Assembly: GCA_963692865.2 (NCBI GenBank)
Contig: OY843592.1
Coordinates: 3,264,001-3,328,000, forward strand
Length of the DNA stretch: 64,000 bases
From: a bacterium
GTDB taxonomy: Bacteria > UBA8248
Direction of reading: 5' to 3'
Made by a program: the position numbers and the translations under genes. The notes under the pieces are model-generated. The model saw only the letters and a list, made by a program, of their open reading frames with translations. It searched no databases and was not told where the DNA came from. Below are positions 18,610 through 28,828 of the stretch, in pieces; the first letter of the stretch is position 1, and each line of letters starts with the position of its first letter.

Positions 18610-18937
18610 GGGGTTGTTGAAAAAATCGTCCTCGGTCGCGATTGGCCACCGCCGTCATTCCGGCGAAAGCCGGAATGACGAACAAAAATCACACCCCCTG
18701 GAACCGAAAGGGCCGTTCGCGAACGGCCCCTACGGCCCCCTGATCCGAGACGACGCAACCCACCCCCCTCATCCTGAGTAGCCCCGAGCTTGCGAGGGGC
18801 GTATCGAAGGACGAGGGGAGCCGACCCCCCCCCGCCGCGGCGAAAGGCAATCGCTCCCGCATTGGTCGCGATTGACCTTCGGTACGCGGCTTCGCCGCTA
18901 CTCAGGATGAGGCGGAGAAGGCTTTTTCAACAGCCCC
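18610..18937. mobile_element. MITE-like composite element (collapsed module A, half REP, module B)
   Basis: GGGGTTGTTGAAAAA ... TTTTTCAACAGCCCC terminal inverted repeats. Confidence 0.8.
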
Positions 18938-18980
18938 ATATCGCCTGCCAGGAGCACCGCCGGGCAGGCCATTATGAAAC

Positions 18981-20255
18981 CTAGCCAGTGTACTCCATGA
19001 TGTGGAGGCCCAGCCCCCAGCGGTCGGCCATGTAGATGAGGCCGGTGTCCTTGTCCACCTGCACGTCGTTGCTCTGCGGGCAGCAGCGCTCCTTCGTGCC
19101 CGCGGGGATGTAGTAGCCCACCTCCTTGGGACGGAAGGGATTCGACCAGTCCACCACGCGAAGCCCTGCGTTGAACCAGGTGATGTACATGAGATCGTCC
19201 TTCGTCATGTCGAGCCAGATGTTGTGCGCGCCGTGTCGCGAGCCCGTCTTGTTCCATTTCTCGTCCAGCGGCCGCATCTCGACCGGGTCGATCTCGTAGG
19301 GCATGAACGTGCTCACCGGCAGCGGCTCGTGGATGTTCCTCAAGTCGTAGAAGGTCACGAACGCAGGGGGATGATCGCAGTTCACCGTGGTGGTCTCCTG
19401 CGTCACGATGCCGAACTCCGACCCCTCCGGCACCAGGAAGCTGTGGTAGCACCCCGCCCAGCCGTGCGTCTCGTGCGGGTTGTGGCGCCACATGAGTTCG
19501 GGCTTGGTGGGGTCGGTCAGGTCGAAGAGCGCGATGCCTGCGTCCCAGTAGCCCGCCGTCACGTAGTTCCCCCAGGGATTCCCCTCATGAATCCACGCGC
19601 CGTCGCCCACGATTTCGGGGTCCCAGGAGGGTTCTTCGCCGTCTTTCTGGCCGGGAACGTGGCCCATGCCGATGAACTCGGGCGCCCAGGGGTCCTTCAT
19701 GTCGTGGACGAGGAGCACCTTGCCCGCATAGCCGTCCTTGAAGCCCGAGCTGTAGAGGAGTTGGCGCTTCCGGTCATAGATCGGCCGGTGGACGCCGAAC
19801 CCGTCCACCTCCACGTAGTTCACGAACTTCGGGTTGAACGGGTCGCGGTTGTCGAAAATGCGCAGGCCGCCGACGGCGTCGGGGTATTGAGCGCGCAGGG
19901 AGGGCCTGAGCTCCGAGTTCGTGAGCAGCACCTCGTCGTTGATGCGCAGCACCTTGTGCGTGCGCGCCGCGGGGCTGTCGACGAGCTGGTTGATGATCCT
20001 GGGGTTCGCCGGGTCGGTGACGTCGAGAATCGTCATGCCGTCGTGGCCGTTCACGCCCGAGGCCGCGACGTAGCAGATGCCGCCGCCCACCTGAATCTGG
20101 AAGGCGTCGCCCCAGCCGTTCAGGTCCGAATGGGCGACGAGGCGGACGTTGTGCGCCTCCTCCTCCCAGGGTTCGGTGAGCACGTGGTCCACGCCGGTGT
20201 AGGCGTCGTTGCCGCCGCCGCGAATGGGGTTTGGATGATACCAGGGTCTGGGCAT
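18981..20255 (-). CDS. LVIVD-repeat beta-propeller protein
   Basis: Repeated 'ILDVTDPANP', 'LFDLTDPTKP', 'GLRVVDWSNPFRPKEVGYYIP'. Confidence 0.85.
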   Translation of the reverse strand: MPRPWYHPNPIRGGGNDAYTGVDHVLTEPWEEEAHNVRLVAHSDLNGWGDAFQIQVGGGICYVAASGVNGHDGMTILDVTDPANPRIINQLVDSPAARTHKVLRINDEVLLTNSELRPSLRAQYPDAVGGLRIFDNRDPFNPKFVNYVEVDGFGVHRPIYDRKRQLLYSSGFKDGYAGKVLLVHDMKDPWAPEFIGMGHVPGQKDGEEPSWDPEIVGDGAWIHEGNPWGNYVTAGYWDAGIALFDLTDPTKPELMWRHNPHETHGWAGCYHSFLVPEGSEFGIVTQETTTVNCDHPPAFVTFYDLRNIHEPLPVSTFMPYEIDPVEMRPLDEKWNKTGSRHGAHNIWLDMTKDDLMYITWFNAGLRVVDWSNPFRPKEVGYYIPAGTKERCCPQSNDVQVDKDTGLIYMADRWGLGLHIMEYTG

Positions 20256-20397
20256 GTTTCCTCCGTCTGAAATGGATGATGTCGAAAAACGGATTGTCGA
20301 AATTCGCCGGGTATTCTAGGGGAAGTGGGCGGGCCGGGAAAAGCGCTCGCGGGAGATTTTTCCCGAAACCGGGGGTGCGGACCGGGGGGCCGAAAAG

Positions 20398-20712
20398 CCC
20401 CCCTGACAAGGGCTCGTTGCAAAACCCCTTCCGCCCGGAATCGGCCACTGCCGTCATTCCAGCGAAAGCCGGAATCCATTTTCGCCTCTCGTCTTTGATT
20501 GTTCTCCCGGCGTCAGCCAGGATCAAGACACGGGAGAGCATACGGAGTCCGGGGCCGAAGAGGGCGGATGCGTTCCGGCGTTTTATTTCGTATTCGCCCG
20601 CGCATCAATCCATCCGAAAAGCGAAAAATCAAAATGGATTCCGGCTTTCGCCGGAATGACGAACAAAACCGCACCGCCTTTTGTAGCCGGACAGGCGCTG
20701 GGGCCTGTCCGG
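20398..20712. repeat. Module E arm, module A pair and REP arm
   Basis: CCCCCTGACAAGGG; GTCATTCCAGCGAAAGCCGGAATCC ... GGATTCCGGCTTTCGCCGGAATGAC. Confidence 0.8.
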
Positions 20713-20768
20713 GGACCTGCGTGTCCCCCCCTGCGAAACCCTCTCCTCTCTTTCCTGAAGGGCCTCCC

Positions 20769-21890
20769 TCACTCCTCGCGGAACAGGCGGATGAAATCCT
20801 CGAATGGCGCGGGCGGCGACTTGGCGACTTCCATGTTCTCGGCGACGTGGGCCACTTGGCGCATCCCCACCAGGGCGACGGCCACGCCGGGCGCGCTGCG
20901 CGTGAACTGGATGGCGCGCTGCCCGTCGGTGGAAAAGCCCGGAAACACCTCCCCGATTACGGGGGGAAGCCCCTGGGCGGCGCGTCCCTGGAGGATGGAG
21001 CCGCTCGTCATGACGGTGACGCCGCTTTTGGCGGCCGCGGCGAGAAAACACGTCGTCTCCCCGCCCAGCGTCTGGTTGGGTTTGGAGAACGCCTCGGGCA
21101 TGCCCAGATTGAGCGGCAGTTGAACGACCCGGAAGTGGTGGTCCTCCCCGCCCGCGGCGCGCGCCGCGCCCAGGACTTCCTCCAGCGATAAATACTCCCC
21201 CTCGCCCGGCGACATGCGGTAGCCGTTCCAGGTGGCCGTGCCGTAGCTCCTGATCTTCCCCTCCGCGACGGCTTCTTCGAGCGTCTCGAAGGCGTCGCGC
21301 AGGCGGGCCAGGAACGCCTCGCGCGAGACCTCCTGAAGCTGCGTCTCGGGGTTGTGCACGTAGTAGACGTCGACCGTCTCCAGCCCCAGGTTCTCAAGGC
21401 TCGCGTCGAGTTCGCGCCGGATGTATGCGGGCGTCATGCAGTGGCAGTTCGCGACGATGTCCTGAGGAGCGCAGACCCCGGGATCGAAATAGGTTTTCCG
21501 CATGTAGTCGGTGAAATCCGCCTGCCCGGCCGGCGGATGGGCGTCGAAGGGGATGAACCCGCCCTTGGTGGATATGACGAGCGCCTCTCTGCCGACTTCA
21601 CCGCTCGCGAACAAGTCATCGAGCGCGGCGCGGATGCTCCTCTCGCTGCGCTGGAAGCGGTAGTTCACCGCCGTGTCGATGACGTTGCATCCGCCCCGCA
21701 CGGCGGCGGCTACCGAATCGCGGTAGGCGGCGTCGGTCGCCTCGTCCGCCTCTCCGAGATAGGTGCCGATACCGACCGAAGAGAGCCAAAGGCCGTTCAA
21801 ACGCCTGTAATGTTCGGGGTGGCAGACCGACGAATGGGTCTGCGCATAGCCTTGCGTGCCTTCCGTGGTGGCGAAACCTGCGTGGGCCAT
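20769..21890 (-). CDS. Aldo/keto reductase
   Basis: [39 protein letters not shown]. Confidence 0.9.
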   Translation of the reverse strand: MAHAGFATTEGTQGYAQTHSSVCHPEHYRRLNGLWLSSVGIGTYLGEADEATDAAYRDSVAAAVRGGCNVIDTAVNYRFQRSERSIRAALDDLFASGEVGREALVISTKGGFIPFDAHPPAGQADFTDYMRKTYFDPGVCAPQDIVANCHCMTPAYIRRELDASLENLGLETVDVYYVHNPETQLQEVSREAFLARLRDAFETLEEAVAEGKIRSYGTATWNGYRMSPGEGEYLSLEEVLGAARAAGGEDHHFRVVQLPLNLGMPEAFSKPNQTLGGETTCFLAAAAKSGVTVMTSGSILQGRAAQGLPPVIGEVFPGFSTDGQRAIQFTRSAPGVAVALVGMRQVAHVAENMEVAKSPPAPFEDFIRLFREE

Positions 21891-21998
21891 TTTGACATCC
21901 TGTTGAAAGGGCAAGATGAGCCATCCTACACGCATTTGGGGCGGAAGGCGATGCGGCGGTTCGAAACACTCCGGCTCCTCAACCCAAAAATTCCCTTC

Positions 21999-22028
21999 TT
22001 GACACGGCCCCGCCGCATCATCAATAAT
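21999..22028 (+). promoter_or_regulatory. Possible sigma70 promoter for the cox-like operon
   Basis: TTGACA-N18-AATAAT. Confidence 0.4.
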
Positions 22029-22136
22029 GTTTTCACTCAGTCATTTCATGGAGGAACACCATTCTTCGGTGATGAAGACACTCCCCGTTGCGGGGATATG
22101 CTTCGTTCTTTTTTCATTCGTGGGGGCCCGAAGACC

Positions 22137-22601
22137 TTGGAAATCAACATCGGCATCAACGGCGAGAACCGGACGTTCGACGTGGAACCCAGAACCCTCC
22201 TTGTCCACCTGCTGCGCGATGACGCGGGCCTGACGGGCACGCACGTCGCGTGCGAAACCTCGATTTGCGGCGCTTGCACCGTTCTCGTTGACGGTCAGGC
22301 GGTGAAAAGCTGCACGGTCCTCGCCGCGCAGGCGCAAGGCTGCGAGGTGACGACCATCGAGGGGCTGGCCAACGGGGATCAACTTCATCCCTTGCAAGAG
22401 CAGTTCTGGGAGAAGCACGGACTGCAGTGCGGCTTCTGCACGCCGGGCATGATCCTGACGGCGAACCAGCTCATTGCGTCCAACCCCGATCCGACGGACG
22501 AGGAAATCAGGCACGGCATCGAAGGCAACATATGCCGCTGCACGGGTTATCAAAACATCGTCGACGCCATATCCGCGGCGGCGGCTCAGGTGAGGGAATA
22601 A
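22137..22601 (+). CDS. Molybdenum hydroxylase 2Fe-2S subunit (CoxS-like)
   Basis: CETSICGAC...C and QCGFC...CRC; TTG start. Confidence 0.92.
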   Translation: MEINIGINGENRTFDVEPRTLLVHLLRDDAGLTGTHVACETSICGACTVLVDGQAVKSCTVLAAQAQGCEVTTIEGLANGDQLHPLQEQFWEKHGLQCGFCTPGMILTANQLIASNPDPTDEEIRHGIEGNICRCTGYQNIVDAISAAAAQVRE

Positions 22602-22604
22602 GAG

Positions 22605-24932
22605 ATGGCCCAGGCACCCAAATTCATAGGCGCGCCCATCAAAAGACGAGACGATCCACGTCTCATCCAGGGCCTCGCCCACTACGTAGACGATTTCAAT
22701 CCACCAGGCACACTTCACATGGCATTGGCGAGAAGCCCATACGGCAAAGCCAACATACGCTCGGTCGACGTCTCGAAGGCGGCCGCGGCGGAAGGCGTCG
22801 TCGCCATATACACGCACGAGGAGACGAAGGGCATCGGCCCCGTTCCCGTGGGCGGCTTGGTACCCGACGCCAAGGTCCCCGTACAGCCGATTCTGGCCGA
22901 CAAGCAGGTTCTGTTCGCGGGCGAACCCGTCGTCGCGGTAGTCGCCGAGACACGTTACGGCGCGAGCGACGCAGCGGCGCTCGTAGAGATTGACTACGAG
23001 CCGCTGGACGCAGTCGTGGACCTCGAAGCCGCTCTCGAACCCGGATCCACAAAAGTGCACGACGACTATGAAAGCAACGAGGCGTTCAAGTGGGGGATCG
23101 CAGGCGGCGACGTGGAAGCCGGCATGCAGGAAGCCGACGTCATCGTCAAGGAGAAGATGACCAACGCCCGCGTCGCCCCGCTGGCTCTCGAACCCAGGGG
23201 CGTTCTGGCGCACTACCTCCCCGGCGAGGACAAGATGACGCTATGGACCTCCACCCAGGTGCCCCACAAGGTGCGCACGCTGGTGGCGCTCCAGATCGAC
23301 ATGCCGGAGAACCGCATGCGCGTCATCGCGCCCGAGGTGGGCGGCGGATTCGGCAGCAAGCTCAACATCTACCGCGAAGAGGCGCTCGCCGCTTTCGTTT
23401 CGCGCGAACTCGGCGTGCCGATCAAGTGGGTGGAAAGCCGTTCCGAGAACTTCCTGACCACCATCCACGGGCGCGGCCAGGTGGGCGAGATCGAGATGGG
23501 CCTCAAGAACGACGGCACAATCACCGCGTTCCGCTACAACGTGCTGGCCGACTGCGGGGCTTACTACCAGTTGCTCACCGTCGCCATCTTCACGCTGACG
23601 GGCCTCATGCTTCCCGGCCCCTACAAGATCGCGAACATCGAGATGAACGCCACCGGCGTGTTCACCAACAAGGTGGCGACCGACGCCTACCGGGGCGCGG
23701 GCCGTCCCGAGGCGACTTACATATTAGAGCGCATGATGGACATCGCGGCGAAAGAACTGGGTATGGACCCCGTGGAGATCAGGCGAAAGAACTTCCCGGA
23801 TAAATCCGAGTTCCCCTTCAGCACCTCCGCCGGCCTCAGCTACGACAGCGGGGACTACCACCTGGCGCTCGACCGCGCGCTCGAGGCGGCGGACTACCCC
23901 GCCATGCGCGCCCAGCAGGAAGAGGCCAGGAAAGACGGCAGGTATCTGGGAATCGGCTTTTCCACCTACGTCGAGATTTGCGGCATGGGGCCCTCAGCCG
24001 CCTTGGGCGGCCAGGGATGGGAGAGCGCGCGCGTCCGCGTGGAGCCCACGGGCAAGGCCACCGTGTTCTCGGGCGCGTCGCCCCACGGACAGGGCCAGCA
24101 GACCTCCTTCGCGCAGATCGTGGCGGACGGCCTCGGCATCGACGCGAACGACGTGACCGTCGTCCACGGAGATACGGACGTGGTTCCCTACGGCGTGGGC
24201 ACATTCGGCAGCCGGGGCACCGTGGTGGGCGGCTCTGCCGTCGTCTACGCGCGCGACAAGGTGCGCGCCAAGATGGCCAAGTTCGCGGCGATGGAATTCG
24301 AGGCGGACGCAAACGACATCGAGTTCGAGGACGGCAAGGTATTCGTCAGGGGCGCGCCCGAGAAATCGGCCGGCTTCGCCGACGTCGCGATGATGGCTTA
24401 CAGCGCCATCGCGCTTCCCGAAGACACCGAGCCGGGTCTTGAGGAGACGCATTTCTTCGAGCCGAGCAACTTCACCTTCCCCTTCGGGACGCACATCGTC
24501 CTGGCAGAGGTGGACCCGGAGACGGGCGACGTGGAAATTCTCCGCTACGTGGCGGTGGACGACGTGGGCAACATGATCAACCCGCTGCTCGTTCACGGGC
24601 AGATCCACGGCGGCATCGCCCAGGGGACGGGACAGGCCCTGGAGGAGGAGATGCTCTACGGCGAGGGAGGCCAGCCGCTGAACGCGTCGTTCATGCACTA
24701 CGCCTTGCCCAAGGCGAACCGCCTGCCCCGCTTCGAGCTTCTGCACACCACCACGCCGACGGACGTGAACCCGCTGGGCGCCAAAGGCGTGGGCGAGGCC
24801 GGCACCATCGGCTCCACGCCCGCGGTGGTGAACGCCGTGATCGACGCGCTTTCGCCGTTCGGCATCACGCACATCGATATGCCACTGCGCCCCGAGAGAG
24901 TGTGGCGCGCCATCGCCGAGAAGAGGGCCTAA
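22605..24932 (+). CDS. Xanthine oxidase-family molybdoprotein large subunit (form II CoxL-like)
   Basis: VGGGFGSK, AYRGAGRPE, GTFGSR, AKGVGEAG. Confidence 0.93.
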   Translation: MAQAPKFIGAPIKRRDDPRLIQGLAHYVDDFNPPGTLHMALARSPYGKANIRSVDVSKAAAAEGVVAIYTHEETKGIGPVPVGGLVPDAKVPVQPILADKQVLFAGEPVVAVVAETRYGASDAAALVEIDYEPLDAVVDLEAALEPGSTKVHDDYESNEAFKWGIAGGDVEAGMQEADVIVKEKMTNARVAPLALEPRGVLAHYLPGEDKMTLWTSTQVPHKVRTLVALQIDMPENRMRVIAPEVGGGFGSKLNIYREEALAAFVSRELGVPIKWVESRSENFLTTIHGRGQVGEIEMGLKNDGTITAFRYNVLADCGAYYQLLTVAIFTLTGLMLPGPYKIANIEMNATGVFTNKVATDAYRGAGRPEATYILERMMDIAAKELGMDPVEIRRKNFPDKSEFPFSTSAGLSYDSGDYHLALDRALEAADYPAMRAQQEEARKDGRYLGIGFSTYVEICGMGPSAALGGQGWESARVRVEPTGKATVFSGASPHGQGQQTSFAQIVADGLGIDANDVTVVHGDTDVVPYGVGTFGSRGTVVGGSAVVYARDKVRAKMAKFAAMEFEADANDIEFEDGKVFVRGAPEKSAGFADVAMMAYSAIALPEDTEPGLEETHFFEPSNFTFPFGTHIVLAEVDPETGDVEILRYVAVDDVGNMINPLLVHGQIHGGIAQGTGQALEEEMLYGEGGQPLNASFMHYALPKANRLPRFELLHTTTPTDVNPLGAKGVGEAGTIGSTPAVVNAVIDALSPFGITHIDMPLRPERVWRAIAEKRA

Positions 24933-24934
24933 GA

Positions 24935-25807
24935 ATGATTCCAGCTTCTTTCGACTACGTTCGACCACAATCGCTAGAAGACGCTCTCGCCAGGCTCGGG
25001 GAGCATGGAGAAGACGCGCGAGTCCTCGCCGGAGGCCATAGCCTCCTGCCCGTGATGAAGGCGCGGCTCGCCGACCCGGGCGTCCTCGTGGACATCGCGC
25101 ACATCGAGGGCCTCTCGGGCATCAGTGAAACAGAAGGCGGATTCACAATCGGCGCGATGACGACCCACGCCGAAATCGAGGCGTCCGCCCTGGTGCAGGA
25201 GAGATGCCGCGCCCTCGCCGAGGCGGCGGGATCGATCGGCGACGTACAGGTCAGAAACCGGGGCACGATAGGCGGCTCCCTCGCCCATGCCGACCCCGCC
25301 GCCGACTACCCGGCGGCCGTGCTGGCCGCGGGCGCGGAAATCACCGTCGCCGGCCCGGGTGGCGAGCGCGTCATCGGCGCGGATGACTTCTTCACCGGAA
25401 CGTACGAGACGGCCCTGGGCGCGGGCGAGATTCTCACCTCCGTCCGCATACGGGCTTCGGCCGCGCAAGGCTCAAGCGCGTATCTCAAGGCGGCGCAGCA
25501 GGCCAGCGGTTTTGCGGTTTGCGGCGTGGCGGCCCGACTCGCGCTGGGCGGAAACGGGGCCGTCGAGTCCATCCGCGTGGGCGTGACGGGCGTAGCCGCA
25601 ACGGCGTATCGGGCCACGAGCGTCGAAGACGCCCTCATGGGCAGCGCGCCGAGCGCGGAATCGATCCGCAAGGCGGCTGCGGGGGCCGGAGAAGGCGTCG
25701 ATGCGCTCGATGACTTCTACGCCGGGGCGGACTTCAGACGCCACCTGGCCGGCGTATACGCCGCGCGCGCCATCGGCAAGGCCTGGGTCCGCGCCTCGGG
25801 CAAATAA
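24935..25807 (+). CDS. FAD-binding medium subunit (CoxM-like)
   Basis: LAGGHSLLP, VRNRGTIGGSLAHADP. Confidence 0.92.
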   Translation: MIPASFDYVRPQSLEDALARLGEHGEDARVLAGGHSLLPVMKARLADPGVLVDIAHIEGLSGISETEGGFTIGAMTTHAEIEASALVQERCRALAEAAGSIGDVQVRNRGTIGGSLAHADPAADYPAAVLAAGAEITVAGPGGERVIGADDFFTGTYETALGAGEILTSVRIRASAAQGSSAYLKAAQQASGFAVCGVAARLALGGNGAVESIRVGVTGVAATAYRATSVEDALMGSAPSAESIRKAAAGAGEGVDALDDFYAGADFRRHLAGVYAARAIGKAWVRASGK

Positions 25808-25900
25808 CGCCTAAACTTCAGGCGTGCACGATTTCCAGGCAAGTGAGTTTTTCTTACATCGCCCCCACGCATTGGGGGCGATTTTCACGTCCGCAGTGTT

Positions 25901-26731
25901 TTGAAATTGAATAACTCCCCTCTCCTCCCCTCGATCCCCTGGCTCGCGCGCGAGAACGCGCGCTTCATCGCGCAGCTTCGCTCGCTCTCGGACGCCGACT
26001 GGACGAAACCCACCTTTTGCCCCGAATGGAACGCGGCCCAACTCGTCGGCCACATGACGGGCGGGGCCGTCTCCTACGCCGAGCGCATCCGGGCGGCGCG
26101 GCGGGGCGAGGTCATCATCTCGCTCGGCGCCGGGACGCCCGAGGAATTCCAGGCCGCGCGCGATGAAATCACGCGCAAATCCATCGCCATGTCTCCGGCG
26201 GAGCGCATCGAATGGATTGAGAGGAGCCAGGACGACCTCCAGGCCGAGATCGAACGCCTGGAACCCGGCGATCTGGACCGAGACCTCTGGCACCGGAAGG
26301 GGAACACGAAAGCGCGCACTTTTCCCGCTCAACGGCTCTACGAGGTGGCGCTCCACGGCTGGGATCTGGCCAACGACCCGAGTGCGCCGCTTGAGACCGA
26401 TTCGCTGGGCGCGCTCGTCGAGATTCTCGAATCGAGGCTTCCCCTCTACTTCAACCGCTCGGGCGCAACCGGACCAGCGGGCGTATTCCGCTTCGAGACG
26501 AGTCAGCCTGATGCGACATGGGAGATGGCGATTGCAGATGGCGTAGCGTCGGCGCTTGAAGGCCCCTCCGCCTCCCCCGACGCCGCTCTCTCCGCACCTG
26601 CGAGCGACATGGTGCTCCTGTGCGCGGGCCGGGCGGGTCGCGCGCAGAAAATCAAAAATGCCTCCCTCCGTATCGAAGGGGACGCGCAAAGGGCGGCCGC
26701 GCTCATGGACGTCCTCTTCCGGCCCTTTTAA
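25901..26731 (+). CDS. DinB-superfamily / maleylpyruvate isomerase N-terminal-domain protein with SCP2-like C-terminus
   Basis: W..PT.CPEW....LVGH and RLYEVALHGWDL. Confidence 0.75.
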   Translation: MKLNNSPLLPSIPWLARENARFIAQLRSLSDADWTKPTFCPEWNAAQLVGHMTGGAVSYAERIRAARRGEVIISLGAGTPEEFQAARDEITRKSIAMSPAERIEWIERSQDDLQAEIERLEPGDLDRDLWHRKGNTKARTFPAQRLYEVALHGWDLANDPSAPLETDSLGALVEILESRLPLYFNRSGATGPAGVFRFETSQPDATWEMAIADGVASALEGPSASPDAALSAPASDMVLLCAGRAGRAQKIKNASLRIEGDAQRAAALMDVLFRPF

Positions 26732-26751
26732 GGAGGCTCCGGGGATAAGGC

Positions 26752-27267
26752 ATGCGCATCGTCGTTGACGGATACAACCTCATCCCCGCCATCCCCGAGC
26801 TCAGGCGCGTTCTCCATCAGGATCTGGAAGCCGGGCGCGAGGGCCTCATCGAGATGCTCCAGAGCTACCGGAGAAATTCCAGCGGAAATCCCCGGATCAC
26901 CGTCGTATTCGACGGCAAATCCCACCACGACCACGGAGGCGGGAAAAGCGCGGGCGGGGTCGAGGTGCTCTTCTCCCGGCACGAAATCGCCGACGCGCTC
27001 ATCCTGCGCCTCCTGAAGGAGCGCTACAGGGGGGCCGTTCTCGTCACCTCGGACAGGGCGCTCGGCGAGGCGGCTGCGCCCTTCGCCTCGGCCGTTGTGA
27101 AAACGGGCGAGTTTCGCGACCGCCTCCAGCAGGCGGCCTTCATGGAGGAAGATTCTCCCGAGGATGAGCCACTCAAAACACCCAGACGGGACACGAAGAA
27201 GAAGGGAAACCCCAGGCGCGCCTCCAAGAAAGAGCGCAGGCGCAACCGGCAACTCAAGAATCTTTGA
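26752..27267 (+). CDS. NYN-domain (YacP/Rae1-like) ribonuclease
   Basis: IVVDGYNLI, VVFDG, AD..I, LVTSDR. Confidence 0.88.
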   Translation: MRIVVDGYNLIPAIPELRRVLHQDLEAGREGLIEMLQSYRRNSSGNPRITVVFDGKSHHDHGGGKSAGGVEVLFSRHEIADALILRLLKERYRGAVLVTSDRALGEAAAPFASAVVKTGEFRDRLQQAAFMEEDSPEDEPLKTPRRDTKKKGNPRRASKKERRRNRQLKNL

Positions 27268-27300
27268 GGCGGCGCAGGGGCGGTTCGCGGACCCATGAGC

Positions 27301-27778
27301 GCCCTTCGATACAAACGCTCCTTTCTCGGGGTCGTTGAAAAAGCCTTCCCGAAGCTGTGGGGATACGATGGTTTTGTAGGGGCGGACCTGCGTGTCCGCC
27401 CGCCTTCGGGTATCCATCTCATAACGACAACGCAACGGTAAAACAGGGCGAACGCATGGGGCGGACACACAGGTCCGCCCCTACGGGAAACTTTCTTTTG
27501 GAGAGAGCGCAACGCCCGTCATTCCGGCGCAAGCCGGAATGACGGCAACCTTGTGTTTGGCCTGTTACGGACTCGGAACCCGGAGGGACAGGCCTCCGTG
27601 CCTGTCCTGACGAAAGACAACCACGGAGGGCAGGACAGGTCGCGACCTGTGGGACAGCCCCGAGGAGGGGCTGTCACTACGAAACCATCGCACCCACCCG
27701 CGCCGCTCGGAATTCCTCTCGGCAGCCGCTTGACCCTCCATGCCGCATGGAGCCGAAACGGACTTTTTCAATAACCCC
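27301..27778. mobile_element. MITE-like composite element with several REP modules
   Basis: GGGGTCGTTGAAAAA (27328) ... TTTTTCAATAACCCC (27778); GTAGGGGCGGACCTGCGTGTCCGCCC / GGGCGGACACACAGGTCCGCCCCTAC; collapsed module A. Confidence 0.82.
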
Positions 27779-27789
27779 TCAAGGGGTAA

Positions 27790-27908
27790 GTGAGAAAAAC
27801 TCAAGCATGGGAGAGTGGTTTCGGGGAGGGAATGATGAATTTAACTGCCGGATTCTTTATGAATTGACCAACAAGAAGAAGCCGTCAATTCAGGCATATA
27901 ATTTCCCC
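27790..27908 (+). repeat. Diverged non-palindromic ~115-bp repeat, second copy 61380-61493
   Basis: Colinear blocks GTGAGAAAA, AGCATG, ATGAATT twice, CGTCA, TCAGGCA. Confidence 0.65.
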
Positions 27909-27915
27909 TAACAAA

Positions 27916-28818
27916 CTATTCCGAGCGCAGCCTGGGGTCGAGCGTGTCGCGCACGGCGTCGCCGAAGAGGTTGAAGGCGAAAACGGCGGCTGTGATGGCG
28001 AGTCCCGGGAAAACGGGGATCCACGGAGCGCTTTCCGCGTATTCCTCAGCGCCCCCCTGAAGCATCAGCCCCCAGGCGGGCGTGGGTTCCTGAACGCCCA
28101 GGCCCAGGTAGGAGAGCGAGGCTTCGAGCAGGATCGCCTGGCCCAGGAAAGCAGTGAGCATGATGAGATAAGGCGCCATGACGTTGGGGATCATGTGCCG
28201 GAAGATGATGCGAATATGCGCGAACCCGAGCGCTCGCGCGGCGTCCACGTAGGGAATCTCGCGAATCGCGAGCGCGCTCGAGCGCACCACGCGGGCGCAT
28301 CTGGGAATCAGGGGAATCGTGATGGCCAGAATCACGTTCTGCGTTCCGGTACCGAAGATGGAAACCACCGAGAGCGCCATGATGATGAGCGGAAACGAGA
28401 TGAATATATCCATGAAACGCTGGAAGATCAGGTCGAATCGACCGCCGAAATAGGCGCTGCCCACGCCCAGGATGAGGCCGGCGGTGGAACCCAGGATGGA
28501 GGCCGAGAATCCCACGAACAACGCCGTTCTGGCCCCGAAAACGATGCGCGTGAAGATGTCGCGCCCGAACTGATCCGTTCCGAACCAGTGCGCAGCGCCC
28601 GGGGCGACGTGCATGCTGTCGAAGGCGTTCTGCACCGGGTCGTAAAAGGTGATGATGTTCGCCAAAGCAGCCAGCAGGATCATCACGATGACGGCGCATG
28701 CGCTCACCGCGCCCAGCGGCTTTTTCCTCGCCGTAACCTTGATCCTATCGACCCATGAGCGCTCGGAAAGCGCGTCGAAATCCATCTCGGAGACGGCGAG
28801 GTCACCCGGGGACGCCAT
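27916..28818 (-). CDS. dppC: Peptide/nickel ABC permease
   Basis: HWFGTDQFGRDIF, YVDAARALG, SLSYLGLG, RDTLDPR. Confidence 0.9.
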   Translation of the reverse strand: MASPGDLAVSEMDFDALSERSWVDRIKVTARKKPLGAVSACAVIVMILLAALANIITFYDPVQNAFDSMHVAPGAAHWFGTDQFGRDIFTRIVFGARTALFVGFSASILGSTAGLILGVGSAYFGGRFDLIFQRFMDIFISFPLIIMALSVVSIFGTGTQNVILAITIPLIPRCARVVRSSALAIREIPYVDAARALGFAHIRIIFRHMIPNVMAPYLIMLTAFLGQAILLEASLSYLGLGVQEPTPAWGLMLQGGAEEYAESAPWIPVFPGLAITAAVFAFNLFGDAVRDTLDPRLRSE

Positions 28819-28828
28819 GGCGGAACTC

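Noticed and set aside
22605-24932. Aerobic CO dehydrogenase
   Set aside because: AYRGAGR instead of AYxCSFR, S-L-M order, no cox accessory genes.
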